The position numbers and the translations under genes were made by a program. From Macrostomum hystrix (lineage: Eukaryota > Animalia > Platyhelminthes), in NCBI GenBank assembly GCA_950097015.1, contig CATNEN010000038.1:34348001-34412000 (forward strand): a DNA stretch of 64,000 nt. The letters run 5' to 3'. Below, piece after piece: positions 50,287 to 63,799 of the stretch. The notes beneath the pieces were generated by a model. That model searched no databases and was not told the DNA's origin. It worked only from the letters and a program-made list of their open reading frames with translations. Within the stretch, counting starts at the first letter, position 1. Every line of letters starts with the position of its first letter.

Positions 50287-50650
50287 GCGGGATTTCCCAC
50301 ACCGAGATTACATAAAAGGATTTCCCGTCGCGGGATTTCCCGTAGAGGGATTTCCTGTTAGGGATTTTCCGTAGCGGGATTTCCTGTTAGGGATTTTCCG
50401 TAGCGGGATTTGCCGTCGCGAGATTTCCTTTCGTGGGATTTCCCATAGTGAGATTTCACGTAGCGGGATTTCCATTGTGGGATTTCCCGTCGTGGGATTT
50501 CCCGTAGAGGGATTTCCTGTTAGGGATTTTCCGTAGCGGGATTTCCCGTCGCGAGATTTCCTTTCGTGGGATTTCCCATAGTGAGATTTCACGTAGCGAA
50601 ATTTCCATTGTGGGATTTCCCGTAGTTGGATTTCTCGTAGTGGGATTTAG
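50287..50650. repeat. Degenerate ~15-bp minisatellite (GGGATTTCCCGTAGC-like)
   Basis: Read directly. Confidence 0.85.
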
Positions 50651-51504
50651 ATTTATCTGTTTTACCTATACCTAATTACCAGATATTCATATTTGGTCGT
50701 ATTATTTCGCATTATAATGTTTTTAACCTTTGAAATAATTCCCCATTGACCAGAAATGCGAACACACATGGATTTGCCACCTACGGGCGTAACAATATTT
50801 TTCAGAGTGTATTTATTGTGTACGTGCGTACGATCGATATAGTTGTCCTATGTGCGGTTTGAGTACATTTTTTAAATCGAATTTGCTAAGCAGGCCAACA
50901 CACTGCTGCGCTAGCCAATGAATAACAGCCACTTGACCTTACAGTTGGGAATTGTTCAACCATGCATGCATGATAATTCAGTTAAGTTATGAAAAACCCC
51001 CGCCTGACCCAATTATCTTAATGAAAAACTGCCGTGTGTTTCCAGGATTTCGTGTTCGTCCAGCACTTTAATTTATTGAGCACTCCAGATTTTTATTCTG
51101 TTACTGTCACTTTTCGTGTTCACATGGACTGCCATAAATTTAAAGGCAGTAGCAGATCTTCTAATTAAAAATGCAGCTTCATGTAGAGGTCTGAAAGTTT
51201 TTTTCATGTAAAATATTAATATGATATGCACTTTCCGTTGCTCGCAATTCCGTTGTCTGCATTCTCACGGCTCTTATCTTATGATGACCTATTTAATCAA
51301 CACACACGCTCGTAATACAGATTGTGTCAATGCGTTCAAAACGTTTGAATCCTTTGGCTAAGAATACAGAGGAACTCAAACTACAATCACGTCTCTCTTT
51401 TTGGTCCGAATTCATTTTTTATCTTGAACAGCTTTGCAGATACCGAAAGATGGGAAAAATAGCTGAAGGATGGAAGACAAGAGACGTGGGGTAGCTGCAG
51501 TTTA

Positions 51505-52055
51505 AGAGTGAGGTGGCAGCTGAAGGACAGAGCCGAGGATGAGGTGGCTGCTGTAGAACAGAGCAGAGGAGTGAGGTGGCTGCTGAAGAACAGAGCCGAG
51601 AATGAGGTGGCTGCAGAAGGGCAGAGGAAATGAGTGAGGTGGCAGCTGAAGGACAGAGCAAATGAGTGAGGTGGCAGCTGAAGGACAGAGCCGAGGATGA
51701 GGTGGCTGCAGAAGGGCAGAGGAAATGAGTGAGGTGGCAGCTGAAGGACAGAGCCGAGCATGAGGTGGCAGCTGAAGGACAGAGCCGAGGATGAGGTGGC
51801 TGCTGAAGGACAGAGCCGAGGATGAGGTGGCTGGAGAAGGGCAGAGGAAATGAGTGAGGTGCCAGCTGAAGGACAGAGCCGAGGATGAGGTGGCTGCTGA
51901 AGGACAGAGCAGAGGAGTGAGGTGGCTGCTAAAGAACAGAGCCGAGGATGAGGTGGCTGGAGAAGGGCAGAGGAAATGAGTGAGGTGGCAGCTGAAGGAC
52001 AGAGCCGAGGATGAGGTGGCTGCTGAAGGGCCAGAGCAGAAGGTGAGGTGGCTCC
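51505..52055. repeat. ~31-35-bp purine-rich minisatellite (GAGGTGGCAGCTGAAGGACAGAGCCGAGGAT and variants)
   Basis: Read directly. Confidence 0.9.
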
Positions 52056-52409
52056 AAGTAGACAAAAAAGAGTATTAATTTTAAGCTTTTATTAAGTCCG
52101 ATCTCTTGCATCGGTATATATCAAGTTTCATCAGTAAAAAAATATTAAAAATGCGCCTTCTGAGGATGAGATATTCTGAGTTTGCAATTATCAGAAACGC
52201 CCTTTTCTTCGAAGCTACTTACAAAATAAGACTGCGTGAAAATTCTGCAGATTAGTGTTACTCTAGGATTATGCGCAAGGCTTTAGTTTGACGAGTGACA
52301 AAGACAGAAATTTAATTACATGTTTAGGTTTGGGCGAATTTCTAGACTTAAGATTATCTGCTAAGCTTCTTCTAAGAAACTCGTATAATTAAGAAATGTC
52401 ATCGTATAA

Positions 52410-52632
52410 GGCATGTAATCATGTTAGATCGTGAGTTCGAATCGGCAGGTAGAAATATGTCTTTGAGCATGATGCATTTAACTTTCTTTTGATCATGTCA
52501 AAGTTACCCAGCTGTATGTAAGTCTCAGCATTTGCAGTGGCGGATATTTTCGGGGTTGTAGCAGCGCCTGTCCATGGACTTAAATGCTGTACAAAGCCTT
52601 AGATTCTCGGCGCAATAGCTGCAACTCTGCCT
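52410..52632 (+). mobile_element. Old, degenerate SINE family B copy
   Basis: GAGTTCGAATC, CTTTGAGCATGATGCATTTAAC, ACCCAGCTGT, GTCCATGGACT, GCGCAATAGCTGCA. Confidence 0.55.
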
Positions 52633-52961
52633 ATCTCACACAAAATTCTTACAAAAAATTCTTTAGAAAGAAGAGATCTTTTCTATCCATCAACTGTAAG
52701 GCGAACATCACAAGAGAGCAAATGTAGCGGAAATAATTTTCTGTGCGTCCTTTCTTATGTCACGTAGCAAACAGAATATGGAGGTGAACAGTCAGGAACT
52801 CGGAACAACTTTTTGGAGCAACAAGGCACTGTGTCCTTGTCAGCAAAATTTTATTAGGGAGAAAAAATCGTGAGCAAGTCAATCCAGAGTTGCCTAAACC
52901 GCCTGGCGCTAAAGATCAAAGCTTCTATAGAATCGTGACGAGATGGACTTCATGAACCGTG

Positions 52962-53246
52962 AGATGAAGCTGCTTATCTGTGAAGCTAATTATCTGTGAA
53001 GCTAATTGTCTGTGAAGCTAATTATCTGTGAAGATAATTATCTGTGAAGATAATTATCTGTGAAGATAATTATCTGTGAAGCTAATTATCTGTGAAGCTA
53101 TAATTATCTGTGAAGCTAATTATCTGTGAAGCTATAATTATCTGTGAAGCTAATTATCTGTGAAGCTATAATTATCTGTGAAGCTAATTATCTGTGAAGC
53201 TAATTATCTGTGAAGCTATAATTATCTGTGAAGATAATTATCTGTG
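52962..53246. repeat. 16/18-bp minisatellite (TTATCTGTGAAGCTAA)
   Basis: Read directly. Confidence 0.92.
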
Positions 53247-56200
53247 ATCCAAGCTAGGACTAGAGCTCGTGCATGGCCAACAGCATGCTGACCTGCTGCC
53301 AAATTCAGGCTCTGCCCCTTGATCCCACTCTAGCAATATATATACCATTCTCTCCCCTTGATCCCACTCTCCCAATGTCTCCCTCTCTATCCTACTGCCC
53401 CCCTCTGTATCCAACTCAATTCCTGTCTATTTCACTCTGTCCTTCTGTATCCCAACGAAGATGGAATGATGATGACGATGAGGATGGAAGATAAAGATGG
53501 AACGAAGATGAAACGAGATCAACATACGGATAGGTTAAGATGAACATGAATATGTTAAGATTTGTTCGTTGAATATTGATTGAATCTCGGATGGTTTATG
53601 GATGACTCTCATTGTGAATTGAACAGTCAAATTCATAGTATAATATGCATAATGCACATGTGCATTCTCATCTCAGCAATATCTTATACTTACAATTTGT
53701 ATGCAGACTAATATCCACATACACTAGCTGTTTAAACATCATAATTATATTCCGTTCGCTCAAGCGATAATGTCTGCTAAATTTGCCAGCCCTCTCATTC
53801 CGCAAATTTTGAATGCTAAGACGATCGACAGCGCAGTTATATAGAGCGCCAATTTGTAATCTAAAATAAGCAAGCGTGAGATTGCAATAATGCCGCGATA
53901 AAATAATGCTCTCTGCTTCGCATAAATTATAATGTTCGATACATTTATACTCGCAGCTACGAGCATACAATGTATAGCCTATAGGAAAAGGAAAACAGTC
54001 GTCATAATCAGTATAGTGTTGATTGAGCAGCGGACAGTTGCAACCGCTGAAATGGCAATGCAAAACTATAGTTTCTGAATCGATGAGAGCCCATATAGTT
54101 GTAGTTATATATCGTCCCAGGCTGTTGAATCACATGTGGAAAAATCTCTTAAGAGTGCAATTCGTCTGCGGACAATTCGTCTACTACGGACAAAATTCGT
54201 TTGCGGAAAAAAGAAATAACAGTAAATGCATGCATAATTGTCAGATCGACAATGAGCCAGCCATGTCTTGAATTGTGTGTCCTTTGCAACGCAGACAAGG
54301 TAGCATTGCAGAGCTGTCGAACGCGATCCAACTGGATCTCCCTTTCAACTTACTAATCTCGTACTGGATTAAAAAATGTAATTAACTACTTTAGAAAGGA
54401 AAAAAGCGCTTTCTTACCGGATCTGAAATAGACCTAGGTATTTTTAGCATCGATAAAAAGGTTTTAGAGAACATTTAAGGCACTATTTATTCGCACATAA
54501 TGGTTTCTTGTGCTAGTGAAGTTATATCAATTTTACGACTTATTTTCCGGATTGGTCTTCACCTAAAAGCTGAACCTATACGAAACGGCTTTCGTAAATT
54601 AATTACTATTATCTTTTTGCTTCCTCTAAATCGAGAAATATTTTGCTTTTCTAGACCTGTGCGTCCTATCTCCGTTTGTTAAAAACAGAACAAAATAGAT
54701 ATTTTTTGAACGGCACGAAATTTTTCTTTTTTCATTAAATATAGCCTAGGAAAATCAGCTTATTGTCTGAGCCATAATCTCACTAACTACTACAACTTTT
54801 CGACCAGTGAACGATGGTATGTCGAACTCGTGACAGTGCAAAAATTATATGATACGAGCCTTCTTTAATTCACAACAGCATATGGTGTACTTCAAACTTT
54901 GACGTAATTGATATGAATGTAGGCTTAAGCGAGACTGCGAGAGGATAGGCCTATAGGCCTATTATATCTACAAATAAAGCCATAACGATCATGCCTTCAG
55001 TAAATTATTCAATTACAATATCAACGACGCGTACGAGATTGTTAGCTGCGCTACGTTTGCTAAAATCCATTAGCTAATCAAGCTAGGCTACTGGATATAT
55101 TTGTCTGTTCTAAGACTATGTGTCGGAGGGATGCCTTTACTCAATTTGGAACTATCTTCTTTGATCACCTTGATTAGAATTAAATAGGCCTATTTCAATA
55201 ACGCATTAGTATATAATCACTAGGCCCCTAGTAGCACACTTATATTGTGTAAGGTAGCCTTTATACAAGTATCAAAAGGCAAGACACATTGATTCACTTT
55301 ACTTATCACACCATGTATTTAGTTATAGGCCCCTAAATTATTAGGTCCTAGTCATTTTACAGGTTTAGTTTTCACCAATCCCATTATTTTGTGCTCTGAT
55401 AGATCGGAGTTGCCTAGTAAAAATCCTTTTGTTAGTTATTAGAACTAGAACACCTTTATTTATGTTATTCAGCACATAGGGGCCTAATGGTATTAAAATT
55501 CAATTCAAATGTTTATAGGCCTATTAGTCAGCAAAATATTTAATCTAGGGATATTTTAGAAGTCACACTCAGTTATTTATTAAAACCCATTATTCAAAAC
55601 ACTATTGTTTGAAAACTATCTAGTTTAATTTAGACCCATTAACCCCAAGGTTTTAGTATCCAGGTTCCTGGACACTTGATCATCTACTTTTTAGTCATCT
55701 TATACTTTTGTCATCCACTATTCAGATTAGACACTTTGTAATCCAACAATTGGCAAATCTTAAGGTTAAAGCTAGGTCTGTTAACCCCCTCCCTTAATAG
55801 AAACTATAGTGTTGACTTGATTTATAGTTGCCAAAATGCATGTAGTAGGCCTATAAGGAAAAATCTGGGAAAACTGTGAGTGTTCCAGGTGATCAGAATG
55901 TTTAAAGTCACTTATTTAAATTCATACCACTCGAAAAAAAGTCCAAACAAAAATATAAACCTAAAGGTAGATAAATATGATTAAAACTACTTGAACATAA
56001 AACTATTTAAATAATTATGTACAAATAGAAATATAAACTTTGATAAATATAGTATAATAATTAAGCCCTATAAATTCCTGTTTCATAACTATGCCTTTTG
56101 GCCTTTGCCTCTTTATTGTAGGTCATAGTAGCCAGCTAAATATTACTTATAATAATCAGGACTCAGGATTGTATTCTGTGCTTGAAATGATGTAACCCCA

Positions 56201-56527
56201 AATATTCTTGATGATTATCACACACTTACCATACCATGTACTAGAAGCTATTTATATAAACATTACAGTGAACCACAAGTAAACACTGAACTTAAAAAGA
56301 TATAATGTATTATTCTGTATTGCTTTATTTAAGTCCTGTCTCAATCTAAAATTTGAAGTTATACTGGAAAGAAATATAGCTTTATATGTATTAAATGATA
56401 ATATTTTTTTTCTAAAATTAACCTCTTTATCCATGAATGTTGCTTCAGAATCAAATACAAATTTCATAAAGCAGTCAACCCAGCCAGACGAAATTTAAGG
56501 CAGCAATAAAAAAATAATAAAAATAAG

Positions 56528-59500
56528 ATGTACGCACACGGCGGCCAACAGAAGATGCAAAAATCTGTGTTCGGCACGGTGACAAAAATGTTTGGCAATT
56601 TCGGCTACGTCGACGATGAGATTTTCTTTATGCGCGACGTAGTAATCGGTGTGCAGCCCCGAGCCGGCGATCGAGTCTTTGTATCAGCCAATTATACACC
56701 CAACATGCCAATCAAATGGAACGCTGATAGGCTAGAGGTGCGCACAAATAAGCAGCATCACGGACCGCCGCCTCCGCCTCAGCAGCAGCAGCAGCACCGC
56801 CAGCAGATGCAGCAGCGGCATCATCAGGGGCCGCCGCCGCCACCGCAGGCAAGCAGAGATTCGCACTCGTCTCGCGGTTACTCTGGCAACGGCGTCAAAC
56901 GCGGCCCTACTTCGTCGTCATCGAATCGGAATTCGTCTTCGCAGCAGTTAAGCAGCTCGGCTTACAATGTCGACGTTCCGGTGCGTCTGTTTGCCTTGCC
57001 GCAGTTCAGCGTTATGGATCTACGCCAGCGTTATCCCAGGCTATATCTGCCGTCAGATTTTTTTCACGTCAGCAACGCCTGGGTTGACGCATTTCCAATT
57101 GATCAACCATTTCAATTGGGCAGGCATTGCACATTTCACATCTTCCCTAAGGAGGTGAGTGACTGATGATTGCATTCCCTATTAACAGTAGAACTACCAA
57201 GGGAAAATTACCGCCCCGACAATTTTTTGCTGCACCCGAACGGAGCTGAGCAGGCACAAGAAACTCATGAAATACATCTTCTGAAACAATTATTCCCCAT
57301 AAGAACTCGTGTATTTCTAATGTAGAGCTAGTGCAACCTTGCCAGGCCTTCAATCTTTATACGCCCACCAATCTCTATAGAGTCTACACAATGAGCCCAC
57401 AAATTTGATTTTTGTACAGGTTGACTCGCTGGACCAGCACGAGGCTATGGAAGCGGCTGAGCCAGCCGATCAGGATTATCGCTACTGCGCCAAGGTGATG
57501 CTCCTAGCCAGTCCGCCACTAGATCAGCTGTACAGCAACACCTGCGCCCTGGCTCAGGACAGCCCGGAGGTGCGCCGACGATGCTCGCCAGTGCAGCGCA
57601 ATCTTCAGTTCCTTTGCGGCGTCTCCGGCGGCAGATCGGGTGAGCCGCTAGCTCTAGGCGGACCGTGGAGTCCTTCGGCTGACGGCGACGATCCCGAAGG
57701 CGACCCGAAGGTGCTGATCAACACAGCTGTGCGACACGTCAAACGGCTAGTTGGCATTGATCTATCTGGCTGCACTAGCTGGTAATGCTTAGTTGTGATT
57801 GGTTCTTTTATTTGCGAATTCAACACCGCCTGTCTCTCGCATCTCTATGGATATATACGAAAATTAAATTCCTATTTTATATCTGTCACACGATTTCAGT
57901 TGAAAATTATGAAGAATATGGTCATACAATTTGGTTTAGAGTAAACTTTGTGAGTAGAAAAATTATGCCAATATTGGTGAACTTAACCAAAAGACACCCG
58001 ATGAGAGTTGTTGAATATCTCGATTATGCCAGTATTTTATGATTCTGAAAGCTGTTTCATGGGATAGAGCGGAAAGTCTATTAAGCCCGTGTCCTGGATT
58101 TTATGGCGATTGGAGACCTAGGGTTAGGTGGGTATAATCATAAGGACTATATATATGTGTACATTTGAACCGCTAAATATTAGTTGTTATTTAAATTTCT
58201 TTACAATTTTTTAATCTGCTTTTAGAATTTATCTTTTTTTCATGCTTACACTCGAGATCGCCTACTTACAGTAGCTGCAAAAGTTAAAAAATTCTTCACT
58301 CAGCGGAGAGTATAATACATATAGGCAGTCTCTGCGCACCTCACTGGAGAAGTTGAAAGCGAACCGCTCAGCTCTAGACTGATCGGATGAGATAAACAAA
58401 AGATAGAAATTTAGTAAGAAAGAATAGAAAACAAGCTTACACGGCAACAAAAAAAATCGATAATATTGCAGGTGTAGATTCATGGAGTATCGCTATAGCC
58501 GGCCAGCCCGGCCAGACAAGCAGCGACCAGCTGTTGAAGAGACAGTTGTTGTCTACCTGCCCGACGCCTGGAATCTAATGCCAGGCTGCGAAGAGGACTG
58601 GCAGGTGCGCTGTCAGGCCTGGAACGACAGGCTAGAGCTGCTCGTTAATCCGCCTAAGCCGCCGACTCCGCCGCCCACGCCGCCCCCGACGCCAGCTTCG
58701 GAACAGCCAAAGTCCGCCGATGAGAATGATGATAATAAGGACGAAATTAGCAATTCTCAACTGGAAGATGACGATCAGAAGCAGAGATCCACTGTCGACA
58801 ATTCGGACATCGTGGATCAAGACGATGAGCAGCAGCAGCAGCAGCAGGACTCCAACGACGCTAAAATGGAAGAGGCCGATACAGCTGAAGCTACAGATGC
58901 ATCGACAAAGGCACGAAACGACACAGTCGAGCTAGTCAAATATTAGATCGAAATTTTTCTATAAAATTGTTTTGCTGAGCCAGCCTACCATTGGGGGGAA
59001 GATATCTTAAAATCTACCGTATACATACATGCATTATCTGTATAGATTTAGATTTATCTCAGACTTAATTCAATATGTTCTTATTTTCGCCAGTTTCTCA
59101 AATCGAGTGCGTACAAATATTACAATCGAGTTTTTCTCCGCCTTTGTAGTTGAATCCAGCCGACCTGCCTGGCATGAAGGTGCCCGACCTGCGCCGTGAA
59201 CTGGAGTCCCGCGGCCTCAGCGGCAAGGGCCTGAAGGCTCAGCTGGTTGCCAGGCTAGAAGAGGCCCTGAAACAGCAGGAGCAGCTGCAGGCAGAGACGG
59301 AGAAGCCTGAACAGCCAGTTGGCGATAAGGATCAACCGGCTGCTGCCAGCGGAGCCACCTCAAAAGCTTCCAAAGTCGACGCTTCGGCTGCTTCGATGCC
59401 GCCGCCACCGCCGCCTCCGAAGCCGCTCTCTGAATCAGACAAGGCGCGCCTCAGACGCAGCCATAAGCTGCCCGACGCCCCGGCCCTGTTTGTAACGCCC

Positions 59501-62500
59501 AGTCGGACTGCCCGCGGCGGCAAGCTAGACTGTCAGCTGATTTCCCTGGCCCAGCTGCTTGCCTATCGACTTGACGCTTCGCGCGAGCACACCTTCGAGG
59601 TGTCGATGTTTGTCGAGCAGTTCAACGACATGCTGAATCGCGACTGTGCTTTCAACATTCTGGCCGCCCTGGAGCGCAAGGCCAAGGCCAAGGCGGCAAA
59701 GGCGGAGGCGGACTCGGCGGCCGCAGCAGCAGCCGCCACCGCAGACGAATCGGTTAAGTCGACGGAGAACGGCGCCGATGGCGAGCCCGATGCCGCCGCG
59801 GCCAGCGACGCTGAGCCGCCGCCGGAGAAGCGAGCTCGTCGACAGTCTTCGACGGCGCCTTCCGGATCGCAGTCGCAGCCGCTGCGGACCTACAGACCCG
59901 ATCTGCTGCTGTCGTTTGTGTTCTTTGACAAGTGAGCTTTACTTCTAATAAACACGAACGGTCTCACTCCCACATCAATATCTGTCCCTTAGTCTCCTTG
60001 GTTATATTATTCCCTTCTTCCCTTGATTCCATTCTTCCCCTCTACCCTTCATTCCCTTCTTCCCCTCTACCCTTCATTCCCTTCTTCCCCTCTACCCTTC
60101 ATTCCATTCTTCTACTCTCCCCTTAATTCCATTCTTCCCCTCTACCCTTCATTCCCTTCTTTCCCTCTACCCTTCATTCCCTTCTTCCCCTTCGTTCTAT
60201 TCTTTCCCTCTACCCTTCATTCCCTTCTTCCCCTTCGTTCTATTCTTTCCCTCTACCCTTCATTCCCTTCTTCCCCTTCATTCCATTCTTTCCCTCTACC
60301 CTTCATTCCCTTCTTCCCCTTCGTTCTATTCTTTCCCTCTACCCTTCATTCCCTTCTTCCCCTTCATTCCATTCTTCCCCTCTACCCTTCATTCCATTCT
60401 TCCCCTCTACCCTTCATTCCCTTTTTCCCCTTCATTCCATTCTTTCCCTCTACCCTTCATTCCATTCTTCCCCTCTACCCTTCATTCCCTTCTTTCCCTC
60501 TACCCTTCATTCCCTTCTTCCCCTTCGTTCTATTCTTTCCCTCTACCCTTCATTCCCTTCTTCCCCTTCATTCCATTCTTTCCCTCTACCCTTCATTCCC
60601 TTCTTCCCCTTCGTTCTATTCTTTCCCTCTACCCTTCATTCCCTTCTTCCCCTTCATTCCATTCTTCCCCTCTACCCTTCATTCCATTCTTCCCCTCTAC
60701 CCTTCATTCCCTTTTTCCCCTTCATTCCATTCTTTCCCTCTACCCTTCATTCCCTTCTTCCCCTTCATTCCATTCTTCGCCTCTACCCTTCATTCCATTC
60801 TTCCCCTCTCTCCCCTTCCTTCCCTTCTTCCCCTCTCCCCTTAATTCCATTCTTCCCCTCTACCCTTCATTCCCTTCTTTCCCTCTACCCTTCATTCCCT
60901 TCTTCCCCTTCATTCCATTCTTTCCCTCTACCCTTCATTCCCTTCTTCCCCTTCATTCCATTCTTCGCCTCTACCCTTCATTCCCTTCTTCCCCTTCATT
61001 CCATTCTTCGCCTCTACCCTTCATTCCCTTCTTCCCCTTCATTCCATTCTTCGCCTCTACCCTTCATTCCCTTCTTCCCCTTCATTCCATTCTTCGCCTC
61101 TACCCTTCATTCCCTTCTTCCCCTTCATTCCATTCTTTCCCTCTACCCTTCATTCCCTTCTTCCCCTTCATTCCATTCTTTCCCTCTACCCTTCATTCCC
61201 TTCTTCCCCTTCATTCCATTCTTCGCCTCTACCCTTCATTCCATTCTTCCCCTCTCCCCTTCATTCCATTCTTCCCCTCTCTCCCCTTCCTTCCCTTCTT
61301 CCCCTCTTCCCTTCATTCCATTCTTCCCCTCTCTCCCCTTCCTTCCCTTCTTCCACTCTCTCCCCTTCCTTCCCTTCTTCCCCTCCCCCCTTCATTCCAT
61401 TCTTCCCCTCTCTCCCCTTCCTTCCCTTCTTCCCCTCTTCCCTTCATTCCATTCTTCCCCTCTCTCCCCTTCCTTCCCTTCTTCCACTCCTCCATCATTC
61501 CGTTTGATTGTCTCTCAGCTAACTAACAAGCAATGATTTTCACTGCAGAGAACGCGCCGGCTATTTGCAATGCCGCGACATTGAGGACCTGCTGCATGGC
61601 CTGGGCACTCTGCGCAGCCGTCATCAGGTGCGCCGCCTAGCCGAACTGCTCCTGACCGGCGACCAGGCTGGAGCCTCTTCGCAGCGCGGCTCCAAGCCGA
61701 CCTCGGTGCGCTACCGTTGCCTGACAGACTTCACCGAAGAGCTGGAAGGCGAAGGAGAAGATGAGGACGATGAGATGAAGGTACGATTTTCCTCTATAAT
61801 TAAAAATTTGTAGCCTTGTGGTTAGAGCGACTTGAAGGTCGGGGGTTCGGTTCCCGACATCCATTGGAACAATTTGCGTCCTTTAGCAAGAGACTTAACT
61901 CTGCATTTCAGTTCACCCAGCTGTTAAATGGGTACCAGCTTGGGTAATTGAGGGTGTGTCTTGCGTACCCCCAGTCCATGGACTGAACAGCCGTACGCAA
62001 ATTTCAGATGCGCTTGTAATAGCTGCGGCTGTGCTGTTGGCTGCACATCTGGCCCGATTGGGAGCAGGTGTTATCAATTATTATTATTCCAAATTAATTA
62101 TTAATAAAATAATGGGCCTGAAATAATGCTAATGCTAATGTTGAAGATGCTAAACAAAATTTACATCTGTAGGCCGAGATTCTCTCTAATGGCGGCAACC
62201 GCGACCTACTGCCGGCCACGCCCGCCTCCGCTGCCGTCGCCTCCATTGTACCGGCCAAGGCTGACACAGCCGCTGCCGCCCTGTGCCGCGCCGACCTTGA
62301 ACGGGACGCCGCTGTGCTTCGCCTAGTAGACGCCGCCTCCCAGCTGGCCGAGGGCATCGTCAAGCTGGCCGCCGGCCAAACTGCCCGCTCCGAGGCTGAC
62401 GCCGAGCTGCGACGTCTGCGCGACTCCGTGCGCAATTTGAAACGCGAGGAGGCCAACCAGCGACGCGCCCTGGCCGATCATCGCGCTCTGGTGCGCGCGA

Positions 62501-62625
62501 CCGCCGATGCTTTGGAGCGAGCCAGACAGCCGCTGTTCGATCTATTCGACAGGCAGGAGGCCGCCACCGCTGATGGTGCCGAAACGACCGCCGAGCGCGA
62601 GTGGAATGTAGTCGATGCGGTTTGA
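56528..62625 (+). CDS. CCAR1: Cell division cycle and apoptosis regulator 1 (CCAR1/DBC1 family). Exons 56528-57154, 57420-57781, 58472-58910, 59150-59931, 61549-61780, 62173-62625
   Basis: S1-like VFGTVTKMFGNFGYVDDEIFF..NMPIKWNA; LYLPSDFF; AKVMLLASP; GGPWSPSADGDDP..D..VLINTA; SAP domain KVPDLRRELESRGLSGKGLKAQLVARL; EHTFEVSMFVEQFNDML; EF-hand-like LLSFVFFD; C-terminal coiled coil. The exon 3 donor is inferred (GC-AG). Confidence 0.92.
60008..61500. repeat. Polypyrimidine composite tandem repeat (TTCATTCCCTTCTTCCCC / TCTACCC modules) filling CCAR1 intron 4
   Basis: Read directly. Confidence 0.95.
61808..62088 (+). mobile_element. SINE family B copy in CCAR1 intron 5
   Basis: TTGTAGCCTTGTGGTTAGAGCG, GGTTCGGTTCCCG, CORE-like CCTTTAGCAAGAGACTTAACTCTG..CAGTT..CTGTTAAATGGG, (ATT)n tail. 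Confidence 0.82.
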
Positions 62626-63799
62626 AAAGACATTGTAAACTTTGATTTTAGAACATGGTTTTCGAGAGTTTGAATTCGCGCCCAAATTTCTGACGGGTTT
62701 CTATTCAGTAAAACAAAACTTTTAATAATAACAATTCGTATGCTAATGCAATGGTTTTACGCGTATAGGACTTGATAATATGTTTGGGTGTATCATCTTC
62801 GAAAATATTTAATTTATTAATTTTGGCGCCGATTCAAAATCTCGCAACTAAGTTCAGCTTTGCAATTGAAAGAAGTTTACTGCAAATAATTCTAGCATCT
62901 AAAATTATTTGACGCTTAAGCGTTTGCTTTTGTTTATTTACTGTCATTAATTCGTTTAAAATCATAGATAAGTGAGTTTTCTGGTTGTCTCTAATTAGGG
63001 GTGTTTCAGTTAATCAGTTATAATTCACATCCCCATTTTAATTGATGCTTCGGCTAGTTTATGTTGTACTATTACCACTCTCTGCTTAATTAGCCCTTAC
63101 TCGTCTCAGCACTGAGTATCACCTGTCTAATTAATAAAAAATAAGTAATTTCAATTTGTACATGGAGTTCTTTTGTTTATTCTAACCCGGTTATCCATAA
63201 AGTTACTTTCTTGCTTTGTCATTACAAAATAACAAGGGTTTTTCCGTCGCTTTGAAGTTCAACGTACTAATTTACCTTGCTCTGTTTTTCCTTGTTCAGT
63301 GTTGTCTACACTTTCGTAGATAATAGTTTTGTCTGGTTCAGCTAAACTAACAATTCCAAACGTCCTACTGTACAACTTTATTTGTAGTTTAGTAGTGTGT
63401 AATTATTAATTATCTTGTAACGTGTTTTATTTTTAGGGCAGTCTATTAAAAATGAATTGATTGACTCTACTTACTACTATACTATACTACTCGGCTCTGT
63501 CATCTTTTTGCTTCGTTCTCAACTCCCGTTGCTGTTGGTTTGTTGTTTTTTTTGGTTTCCGCTACACAATATAATCACTATAAAAAGTATAGCGGCAATA
63601 CAATTTATAGTCTGCTTCAGTGTTCGGTTGATGGTTGCTTTTTCGTTAACTGCCTCCCCTGGCAAAACTAAACGCAACTGTTTACGAGTTTTGTAACACT
63701 CGGCTTTCGTCAGCAAATACTATTGTAAGCCTCTAAGAGTGTTTGCACTTTTAGTCTCATGTTCAATTACAATATAAAACTGTATCAGGGTAAGGGTCA

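Noticed and set aside
53668-54331. Short ORFs in the AT-rich region upstream of CCAR1
   Set aside because: No domain similarity, no GC-rich codon signature like the real exons, and no supporting splice structure.
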